Below, in pieces: positions 18,177 through 25,182 of a stretch of DNA of 26,362 bases. Positions within the stretch are counted from its first letter, which is position 1. Each line of letters starts with the position of its first letter. Origin of the DNA: a virus (taxonomy: Duplodnaviria > Heunggongvirae > Uroviricota > Caudoviricetes); the IMG/VR virus record IMGVR_UViG_3300027766_000002. The stretch is one strand, 5' to 3'. The notes beneath the pieces were generated by a model. That model ran no database searches, had not been told where the DNA came from, and saw only the letters and a program-made list of their open reading frames with translations. The position numbers were made by a program, and so were the translations under genes.

Positions 18177-21100
18177 ATGTGGTACAGGGAAGGTACTAAA
18201 ACCTTGATCAATGGTTCTAACATCGTTACTGGTGTCGGCACCAGTTGGTCTAAGGCTGAAAATGGCGTTCTGCCGGGCATGATCTTGCTTGGTGAAAAAG
18301 GTGAGCCATACGAAATTAAGTCGGTTGAGTCAGATACATCGCTTACGCTCGTAGAACCTTACGATGGCAAAAACGTGAATAACACTCCATGCCGTATCAT
18401 CACGACCTATCAGGGTGACATCAGTCAATTTTCAGCGCGCTTTGCGGCTCAGCTGCAACGCATGAATATTGATTCAGGCGTTATTCGCTCTTGGCTTACT
18501 TCGGGGCAGGATGCCCAGCTGTTAGCTGAGGATGGAACACTGATCACGCTGAAGGCTTTGCGTCAGATTGTCTCTGAACACGAAGATGCAATGGCCTGGT
18601 TTTCCGCAAACCAAGATTCGATTCTGAAGGCCGCCGCTAACGCAACAGCTGCTGCTTCAAGTGCGTCAGCAGCATTGGCATCCCAGAAGGCGACAAAGAC
18701 TTCAGAGACAAACTCAGCGGGATCAGCGCGTGCGGCTGCATCCTCCAAAGCGGCAGCGGCGGCTTCCGCTACCAAGGCGGCAGCGTCAGAGAAAAACGCC
18801 AAGGCATCTGAAGTTAACGCCAAGGCATCCGAAACCGCCGCAAGTGGTTCGGCAATCGCTGCAGCCACCTCAGAAACTAGCGCAAAAGCCTCCCAAGGCT
18901 CTGCAACTTCCTCTGCAGGAAAGGCAGCTACTTCAGAGAAGAACGCGGCTGCATCCGCCACCAGCGCAGCCAGCTCAAAAGGTTCGGCAGCAACGTCGGC
19001 AACAAGTGCAGCCACTTCCGCAACTAACGCTAAAACATCCGAAAGCAACGCGAAGAAGTCCGAAGCAAATGCTAAGGCTTCTGAAAATGCAGCAGTTGGT
19101 TCTAAATCCGCAGCGGCGGCTTCAGAGGCTAACGCCAGTACCTCGGAAACAAATGCTGCATCAAGTGCGACTGCGGCTAAGGCATCTGAGACCAGCGCAG
19201 CCAGCTTTAAATCGGCCGCGGCCACCTTTGCTACCAACGCTAAATCTTCAGAAACAAGTGCGGCCAGCTCTAAAACAGCTGCGGCCACCTCTGCATCGAA
19301 GGCGGCCACCTCGCAATCGAATGCCTCGACCTCGGAAGCTAACGCAAAGAAATCAGAGACAAATGCTAAAGCATCTGAGAATGCCGCAGCGAGTTCAAAC
19401 TCTAACGCAGGTAAATCAGCGTCAGCTGCTAAAACCTCTGAAAACAATGCGGCCGCCAGTGCATCGTCTGCTGCGGCATCGGCCAAGAGCCTCGATACAG
19501 ATAACTTATGGAAAAAAACAACTTTAACTAAAGCAGTATTGGTCGGCTTAGGGTTGGCTCCAGGTGACGCTCCATCCTTCACTGGCGGTGTTACCGTTGC
19601 CGGCACTATTAAGAATACCGGAGAAGTGCAAACTACAGCCACTAACTCATACCGTATGGTTGGCAGTAACTACGGCTTATTCCAGCGCATTGATGGTGCT
19701 AACTGGTACATGATGCTGACCGACCTGAAAGACAATTATGGAACCTATAACGCCTTCCGCCCGCTTTCTATAGCGCTTACAAGCGGTAGAGTGACTATGG
19801 CAAATGGTTTGAGTGTAACGGGTGATGTAAGGCTCGCTTCAAACCTAGCTGTGACGGGCGCACTTAGTGCTACAAAAGGGGCCATCGTGAACGCGCCGGG
19901 AGCTGGCGCGGTAGCTGATTCGACTGGCGCGGCGCTACTTGTGAATGGCTCTGCAAATAATGGCACTCAAGGCATTACGGTTAACAGCTACGCGCCCTCG
20001 TTGTCCTTAATTGATCGTAGCGCATCGAGTGCTAGTTTTCGCTGGCGCGGAGATGGCAACTGTTTGCGCTTAGATGTCGATAATCGTGACAATGGCGCAA
20101 CATGGAACAGCAATCTAGTTCAGATTGACGAACAGGGTCGATTGAGCATTGGTGGCGTAGTAACTGCTGATTATGCGGAGTCATTTACCTACCGGGATCA
20201 GTGGAAAACGAAAGCCCCTTTCTTCAATGAGATTTCTTCGAGTGGAGCAAGCGAGTATCACCCACTGGTGAAGCAGAAAGTGACCGCAGGAAATAAGAGC
20301 TATGTAGCGTCTCTCGGTTGGCTGGTTAATTCAATGGTGTTTGAACTGGGCATTACCGATCAAGCAGGCAACACTAAAAACTTTACCTTCCGACCTAATG
20401 GTGAGTTCTCAACTCCGGCCAGGGTTTTGCCAGGTGATTACTCCAACTTCGATACCCGTTATTTGCGAATCAAGGGGAATGCAGTAAGCGCAAGCAAATT
20501 AGCCACGTCTCGTAAGATTGCAGGAAAGGCTTTTGATGGCACATCTGACATTGCGATCAGCGCTGGTGACGTTAAAGCGTTACCTAATACAGGGGGCACA
20601 GTGGCCGGGCAGGTAACTGTTGCAGCAAATGGCCCCGCTCTTGTCCTGAGACGCTTGGCGGCTTCTCAGGCAGTTTATCTCATGGGGCGTGACGAAAAAA
20701 ACGTTGCACGTTGGTACGTTGGAAATGGCGGCTCGGATGATGTTGTTACGATTCACAATTACATCCATAACACTACTATGCAGCTTAACGCCTCGGGCCT
20801 GCACACCAACAGAAACATTCGTGCTGCCGGTACTCTCACGTTAAATGGCAGTGGTGAGTCGAACGCGGTTTTAGGCTCTGGAACCTCAGATGTATTCATG
20901 CAAAACTCCAAATCAAATAAGTACCTCCAGCTTAAAGATAACGGCGTTTTGGCATATTCGGATTCCGCCATTTACCACCAGGGCAATAAACCTACAGCTG
21001 CTGATGTAGGCGCGCTATCAAGTTCTGGCGGTACTGTTATCGGCCCCGTGGTTTCAACAGATCCGAATGGTTTCCGCATTAAATACGGGGCGTTCGGTTC

Positions 21101-21854
21101 ATTCTTCCGCAATGATGGTGGCTCCAGCTACTTCCTGCTGACTGCATCCGGTGATCAAAATGGAAGCTGGAACGGGTTACGTCCACTCTACTGGAATAAT
21201 ACTACCGGCAACGTAACAATGGGTCATAACGTTGGTGTTGGTGGCTCCTTGACGGCTAACGGTGGGATTGTGTCTGGAAATGTTATCAATGTTCCTACGA
21301 GCAGTGGTTCATGGATAAGTATGCGAACCGGCACTGCTTTGCAAGGTAATGGCGCTGTAGGCACTAACTCTGCCGCAGCAGTCGTTCGTCAGGAGCACGC
21401 CGATCGTCATTACGTTTTGGGTGGCTTGGGCAACTCTCAGTTCGGCATTTACATGATCAATAAATCACGTACTGCCAACGGCACTGATGCTGGGGCCTAT
21501 CTTCAAAGTGATGGGACATGGACTTGCTTGGGCAATGGTAGTTTCAATGACGTATATATCCGTTCAGACCGTCGAAGCAAGCGTAACATTAAGAAGATTG
21601 ACAACGCCCTGGACAAGCTGGAGAAAATCGACGGTGTGCTTTACGAAATTCAGAACATGGATGGGTATGATCAATCAGCTGGTCTCGTTGCTCAACAGGT
21701 GCAGGAAGTGCAGCCCGAATTGGTTACATCAGACATCGATCATGCCACTCAGGAAGAGCGCCTTCGCTTGAACTACAACGGTGTCATCGGCATGTTAGTT
21801 GAAGCCGTGAAGGAGCTGCGCGCCGAAGTTAAAGATCTGAAGGAGGCCAGATAA
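18177..21854 (+). CDS. Long side tail fibre with Ala/Ser heptad stalk and C-terminal intramolecular chaperone (peptidase S74-type)
   Basis: MWYREG N-terminal attachment domain, Stf-like repeats, KLATSRKIAGKAFDG module, and NDVYIRSDRRSKRNIKKIDNALDKL...LNYNGVIGMLVEAVKEL autochaperone starting at Ser 21564. Confidence 0.92.
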   Translation: MWYREGTKTLINGSNIVTGVGTSWSKAENGVLPGMILLGEKGEPYEIKSVESDTSLTLVEPYDGKNVNNTPCRIITTYQGDISQFSARFAAQLQRMNIDSGVIRSWLTSGQDAQLLAEDGTLITLKALRQIVSEHEDAMAWFSANQDSILKAAANATAAASSASAALASQKATKTSETNSAGSARAAASSKAAAAASATKAAASEKNAKASEVNAKASETAASGSAIAAATSETSAKASQGSATSSAGKAATSEKNAAASATSAASSKGSAATSATSAATSATNAKTSESNAKKSEANAKASENAAVGSKSAAAASEANASTSETNAASSATAAKASETSAASFKSAAATFATNAKSSETSAASSKTAAATSASKAATSQSNASTSEANAKKSETNAKASENAAASSNSNAGKSASAAKTSENNAAASASSAAASAKSLDTDNLWKKTTLTKAVLVGLGLAPGDAPSFTGGVTVAGTIKNTGEVQTTATNSYRMVGSNYGLFQRIDGANWYMMLTDLKDNYGTYNAFRPLSIALTSGRVTMANGLSVTGDVRLASNLAVTGALSATKGAIVNAPGAGAVADSTGAALLVNGSANNGTQGITVNSYAPSLSLIDRSASSASFRWRGDGNCLRLDVDNRDNGATWNSNLVQIDEQGRLSIGGVVTADYAESFTYRDQWKTKAPFFNEISSSGASEYHPLVKQKVTAGNKSYVASLGWLVNSMVFELGITDQAGNTKNFTFRPNGEFSTPARVLPGDYSNFDTRYLRIKGNAVSASKLATSRKIAGKAFDGTSDIAISAGDVKALPNTGGTVAGQVTVAANGPALVLRRLAASQAVYLMGRDEKNVARWYVGNGGSDDVVTIHNYIHNTTMQLNASGLHTNRNIRAAGTLTLNGSGESNAVLGSGTSDVFMQNSKSNKYLQLKDNGVLAYSDSAIYHQGNKPTAADVGALSSSGGTVIGPVVSTDPNGFRIKYGAFGSFFRNDGGSSYFLLTASGDQNGSWNGLRPLYWNNTTGNVTMGHNVGVGGSLTANGGIVSGNVINVPTSSGSWISMRTGTALQGNGAVGTNSAAAVVRQEHADRHYVLGGLGNSQFGIYMINKSRTANGTDAGAYLQSDGTWTCLGNGSFNDVYIRSDRRSKRNIKKIDNALDKLEKIDGVLYEIQNMDGYDQSAGLVAQQVQEVQPELVTSDIDHATQEERLRLNYNGVIGMLVEAVKELRAEVKDLKEAR
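18630..19490 (+). repeat. Degenerate 7/14-aa Ala/Ser/Thr/Lys repeats (A.TSE.NA) of the fibre stalk
   Basis: Visible in the translation; boundaries approximate. Confidence 0.85.
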
Positions 21855-22339
21855 TGACGGTAGGATCTGGGTGGATTGGTTCAAGTGCAGTAGGGGAAAC
21901 CGCTCAGCGTTGGATGTCGGCCGCAGGGCCGGCAATCAATGTCGGAGTTCCTTTTTGGATGAGTACATTGGCAGGTAAAAGTAAAGGGGTAAAGTTGACT
22001 GTGGTACAAAAGCAGGTGGGGGTTCTGCCGCCTGGCGTTCGTGGACCTCAGCCTTTCCCGATTGTAGAGTTCGGTTATCATAAAGCGCAAGGTTTTGGTG
22101 GTATCACTGGTAACTACAATGGCCGCGAAATCATTGCCCTCTACTCCAGCACACAATTTGGCGGCCTTTTGTTCCAGCTAAGTGGCGCAATGTCAGGCTC
22201 GGTCGTCATTAAAATTAATGGGGCGGCATTTACGTTGCCCTATAACTCATCAATAAATGCATATGCGATTTTAAATAATAATGCGGCCTACGCTGCTTTG
22301 CAGACAAGGGTAGGCCAAACGGTCGAGGTGACTTTTTAA
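21854..22339 (+). CDS. T-even gp38-like adhesin (receptor-recognising tip protein), short form of 161 aa
   Basis: N-terminus GWIGSSAVGETAQRWMSAAG...VPFWMSTLAGKS has the three-Trp pattern of T2/S16-type gp38; TAATG overlap with the fibre gene. Confidence 0.8.
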   Translation: MTVGSGWIGSSAVGETAQRWMSAAGPAINVGVPFWMSTLAGKSKGVKLTVVQKQVGVLPPGVRGPQPFPIVEFGYHKAQGFGGITGNYNGREIIALYSSTQFGGLLFQLSGAMSGSVVIKINGAAFTLPYNSSINAYAILNNNAAYAALQTRVGQTVEVTF

Positions 22340-22419
22340 CGGCGGTTGTAGGTATTTAGCTATTATCGTGTATCAAATAGTGGATAATGCACTCATTCAA
22401 ACCGAATGGGTGCAATATC

Positions 22420-22710
22420 ATGAAATGTTTAAATTTGTCCTTCCTTGCATTGGCTCTTGCCTCGCTCACTATTACTGGCTGCGCCGGATTTCCCGGCTCA
22501 AATATTGAGAAAGTTGATTGTATTGCGAAATATACCTCTGGAACCTGGCCGGGTGGTGAGCACTGGGTGAAGGTTGACCAGCGTCGTGTTAATCACGTTG
22601 GGCATCGTTACGTTCACGTAAATAGTGATTTAGTCCTGCACTTCTATGGCCGCTGGCAGCGAGAAGAGCTGTTTACTGATTACCAGTGCAAAAAGGCAGA
22701 TGAGGTATGA
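22420..22710 (+). CDS. Cor-like superinfection-exclusion lipoprotein 1
   Basis: MKCLNLSFLALALASLTITG|C lipobox; Cys...W...F....C spacing as in Cor. Start at 22420 preferred over 22387. Confidence 0.6.
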   Translation: MKCLNLSFLALALASLTITGCAGFPGSNIEKVDCIAKYTSGTWPGGEHWVKVDQRRVNHVGHRYVHVNSDLVLHFYGRWQREELFTDYQCKKADEV

Positions 22711-22994
22711 TTAAATTAGGCTCAAAGCTCCTTATCGCCGCTTTGGTTTTAAACGTGTTAGGGTGCGCGGATCTGCAAAGGTTCGAGAGACACAAGGTAA
22801 GCTGCTACGGCAAGTATGGCTCGAACTTTACAGGCTTTACACGTTATAAGTGGATCAAGATTGATGCTATCAGTGTCAGTCAAAACGGCACTCGCTTTGT
22901 TCACCCAGAGCCTGACCTCGATGTGAGTTTCGAGGCTAATTGGGTCTCGGATAGAGTGTTTAAAGAAATCCAATGTGAACCCCTTCCAAAATAA
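22707..22994 (+). CDS. Cor-like superinfection-exclusion lipoprotein 2
   Basis: MIKLGSKLLIAALVLNVLG|C lipobox; VSC...WVSDRVFKEIQC ending as in Cor; ATGA overlap with copy 1. Confidence 0.6.
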   Translation: MIKLGSKLLIAALVLNVLGCADLQRFERHKVSCYGKYGSNFTGFTRYKWIKIDAISVSQNGTRFVHPEPDLDVSFEANWVSDRVFKEIQCEPLPK

Positions 22995-22999
22995 TCCCC

Positions 23000-23025
23000 A
23001 AAAGCGCCTGTTGGCGCTTTTTCTT
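23000..23025 (+). terminator. Rho-independent terminator (potentially bidirectional)
   Basis: AAAAGCGCC-TGTT-GGCGCTTTTT then CTTT. Confidence 0.85.
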
Positions 23026-23036
23026 TGGTTGTTAGC

Positions 23037-23067
23037 TACTTACTTTCCTGTTGCATTTTGATACTAT
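23037..23067 (+). promoter_or_regulatory. Candidate lysis promoter: TACTTACTTT box in the -35 position, -10 GATACT/TACTAT
   Basis: TACTTACTTT 23037-23046; TTGATACTAT 23058-23067; lies right after a terminator. Confidence 0.4.
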
Positions 23068-23105
23068 TTGCGCCTATCGAGATTTGACTTTTCATGGAGG
23101 AAAAA

Positions 23106-23432
23106 ATGTCAAATGAGATGGGAGGCGTGACGCCAGACCAGGTGGAGCGCATCGCCCAAATTGTTGCCAGAGAGGTCATGGGGAACTTGCGAAAGGATCT
23201 CCGTGATGACATCGGCGCAGAAGTGAAAGCGCAGCTAAGAGCCTATTTTGGTGATATGACAGCCGCTCAACACAGCATCCAGCACTCAAATCTGGAAAAG
23301 CTGCTGACGCGGTTAGACAGCATCTCAAGTGGATTCTTCGGCGGCATCATCTCCAAGATCACATCCATTCTAACCGCTGCTCTTATTCTGGGGCTGGCGG
23401 CGTATGGCGTTAAAAACGGTTTCGGCAATTAA
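23106..23432 (+). CDS. Single C-terminal TM protein heading the lysis cassette; holin/antiholin candidate
   Basis: GGAGG SD, ATG 23106; hydrophobic C-terminal segment (ITSILTAALILGLAAYGV); position before the endolysin. Confidence 0.5.
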   Translation: MSNEMGGVTPDQVERIAQIVAREVMGNLRKDLRDDIGAEVKAQLRAYFGDMTAAQHSIQHSNLEKLLTRLDSISSGFFGGIISKITSILTAALILGLAAYGVKNGFGN

Positions 23433-23446
23433 GAGGAAGGCTAAGG

Positions 23447-24139
23447 ATGGCTACTCCAAGAGGTATCAGAAACAACAACCCCGGCAACCTTGACCGCGGC
23501 GATCCGTGGCAGGGGCTGGTGGGTAACCCTGCAGAACCGAGGTTCTGCACATTCAAGGACGCGACCTGGGGCATCCGTGCTCTGGCTGTAACGCTCATTA
23601 CCTATCACGACAAGCGCAAAGCTCAGGATGGCTCGCCGATCGACACTGTCCGTGAAGTGATCGAACGTTGGGCGCCGCCACATGAGAACGACACTGAGGC
23701 ATACATCAATGCGGTGGCCAAGGCAGTCGGCGTCTCTCCTGAGATGATTGTGGATCTCCACGACTACAGCACTTTGCGCCCTCTGGTGGAGGCAATCATT
23801 CGCCATGAGAATGGTAAAGGCCCATTAAAGACGGCAAACAGCTGGTATTCAGTGGAAGCCATCGACGAGGGTCTGCGTCGTGCCGGTGTTGTGCGAGTGG
23901 TCAAAGCCGTAAAAGCGGTTCCGGTCACTAAGGAATCTGCTGGCGCAACGATTACAGCCGGTATTGGTGTCGCGCAGCTGGTGGACGTAGCGCCGCAGAT
24001 CACTCATGCGATGGATAAGGCTCAGGACAATATCTCCAGTGGCGACACCATTCGCATCGTGTTCGGTGTTGCCACGGTAGCAATTGCACTATTCATCGCC
24101 TGGTCTCAGGTTCGCAAACACCAGAAGGGGATCGCGTAA
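23447..24139 (+). CDS. Putative endolysin (lysozyme-like RGIRNNNPGN family) with hydrophobic C-terminal tail
   Basis: RGIRNNNPGNL...RWAPPHENDT.AY...AIIRHENG motifs; flanked by a holin candidate and spanins. Confidence 0.7.
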   Translation: MATPRGIRNNNPGNLDRGDPWQGLVGNPAEPRFCTFKDATWGIRALAVTLITYHDKRKAQDGSPIDTVREVIERWAPPHENDTEAYINAVAKAVGVSPEMIVDLHDYSTLRPLVEAIIRHENGKGPLKTANSWYSVEAIDEGLRRAGVVRVVKAVKAVPVTKESAGATITAGIGVAQLVDVAPQITHAMDKAQDNISSGDTIRIVFGVATVAIALFIAWSQVRKHQKGIA

Positions 24140-24390
24140 TGCTTCTTGGCCTTTACATTAAGGCCAAGCAGTACCTGTTGACGGCTGCGGCCGTCATCAT
24201 GGTGCTTGCTGGTGCCTATTACCTCGGTGGCCGGGCTGCTCGCCGGGCAATGGAAATCAAAGCAGAGCGTGAAGACAACAAGCGCCTGCAACACACACTG
24301 GATGTGAAAAATGACGTTATCAATGCAGTCCGACGCTCGGATGGTGCTACCGTTGATGCTCAGCTTGCTGCTGATTGGATGCGTGATTAA
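24139..24390 (+). CDS. Inner-membrane spanin (Rz-like)
   Basis: N-terminal TM (YLLTAAAVIMVLAGAYYLG) followed by a charged helix; TAATG overlap. Confidence 0.75.
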   Translation: MLLGLYIKAKQYLLTAAAVIMVLAGAYYLGGRAARRAMEIKAEREDNKRLQHTLDVKNDVINAVRRSDGATVDAQLAADWMRD

Positions 24391-24541
24391 GCCACCAGCC
24401 CAAGGGGTGCTGTTCTGCGATGCAGCAAACCCCATTTACGTTAGCCATAGCGATCAGCTAACGCAGGAAACAAAACGTGAGATCCTTTCCCACAACGTTC
24501 AAGGTGCTACATTGTGCCATTGGGAGAAAAAGCCCCGTTAG
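24311..24541 (+). CDS. Outer-membrane spanin lipoprotein (Rz1-like), overlapping Rz; exact start uncertain (24311, 24323 or 24341)
   Basis: LSLLLIG|C lipobox, Pro-rich linker, two further Cys; different frame overlapping the Rz 3' end. Confidence 0.8.
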   Translation: MTLSMQSDARMVLPLMLSLLLIGCVIKPPAQGVLFCDAANPIYVSHSDQLTQETKREILSHNVQGATLCHWEKKPR

Positions 24542-24556
24542 CGTTTTGCTTTTGAA

Positions 24557-24588
24557 GGCGTCTCCCTGGGTCTGGGGACGCCGGTTTT
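24557..24588 (+). terminator. Probable terminator of the lysis operon
   Basis: GGCGTC(T)CCC-TGGGTCT-GGGGACGCC then GGTTTT. Confidence 0.5.
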
Positions 24589-24635
24589 CCTTACCGGCTG
24601 TAAGGAACTATTCAACGTTTGGTTGAGTTTAGTGG

Positions 24636-24664
24636 TTGCCACAAAGCCATATATGACGTAAATT
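24636..24664 (+). promoter_or_regulatory. Sigma70-type promoter of the accessory operon
   Basis: TTGCCA (24636-24641), 17-nt spacer, TAAATT (24659-24664). Confidence 0.65.
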
Positions 24665-24670
24665 TGTTAG

Positions 24671-24786
24671 ACAGTTGACGAAAGCGTCAACCCAATTTTA
24701 AGACCTACGAAGTATCCTCGTAGCCTCTAAATCCCCAGGTTGGGGGTCGCCGAACACGCTGCATAGCACTCGGCTAAGGTGGAAAC
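24671..24786 (+). ncRNA. Candidate structured 5' leader (four hairpins) of the accessory operon
   Basis: Stems at 24674-24691, 24705-24723, 24731-24747 and 24749-24774, then AAGGTGG SD. RNA function is unproven. Confidence 0.35.
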
Positions 24787-25182
24787 ATGCGTAACTCTCT
24801 GAACATTAAAGAAGCGAAGCGCTCAATTCAAACCATTCGTGATTGTACGAGTGTCATCGCTACTCACATCTTCGGTAATTCGAAGCTGCAGGTGCGCACA
24901 CTCAACAATGAAGCGTTGGCACCTAAAGACCTCAAATTCATCGTTACTTTTGCTCACGATGTAGAGACAGCTCGAGCCTCGGTAAAACCGCTGGCTGAAG
25001 CTCGTTTTCTCGATGGCGAAATTTGCTTTACGGTGAACCCAGCTAAGCAATTCCCTGAGATGGCTAACAAAATTTCGTCTTTCTCAGAGGCAATTGAAAC
25101 TTCTATTCGCGATTTTTTGAGCAAGCATGATAGTATCTTTAGCACCAATTCTGCTAATGATACTGCTAAATGGTTACACTAA
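24787..25182 (+). CDS. Hypothetical protein, 131 aa; possible antitoxin/partner of the downstream GNAT
   Basis: AAGGTGG SD; overlaps the next gene by 13 nt; no motif recognised. Confidence 0.75.
   Translation: MRNSLNIKEAKRSIQTIRDCTSVIATHIFGNSKLQVRTLNNEALAPKDLKFIVTFAHDVETARASVKPLAEARFLDGEICFTVNPAKQFPEMANKISSFSEAIETSIRDFLSKHDSIFSTNSANDTAKWLH

Noticed and set aside
18563-19642. 359-aa minus-strand ORF and 288-aa alternate-frame plus ORF (18661-19527)
   Set aside because: Shadows of the Ala/Ser repeat region of the fibre, whose codons give few stops in other frames; no SD and low-complexity translation.
22340-22419. Dedicated promoter for the Cor-like genes
   Set aside because: Several -10-like hexamers (TATTAT, GATAAT) occur, but none has a matching -35 or proper extended -10, so it is not called.
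18177-22994. Invertible tail-fibre cassette (Cin/Gin type) or diversity-generating retroelement
   Set aside because: No invertase or reverse transcriptase, no inverted fibre segment, and no near-identical template/variable repeat pair visible in this window.
24695-24723. Antisense promoter for a type I-style antitoxin RNA
   Set aside because: A minus-strand TAAAAT exists at 24695-24700 but has no -35 or TG extension.
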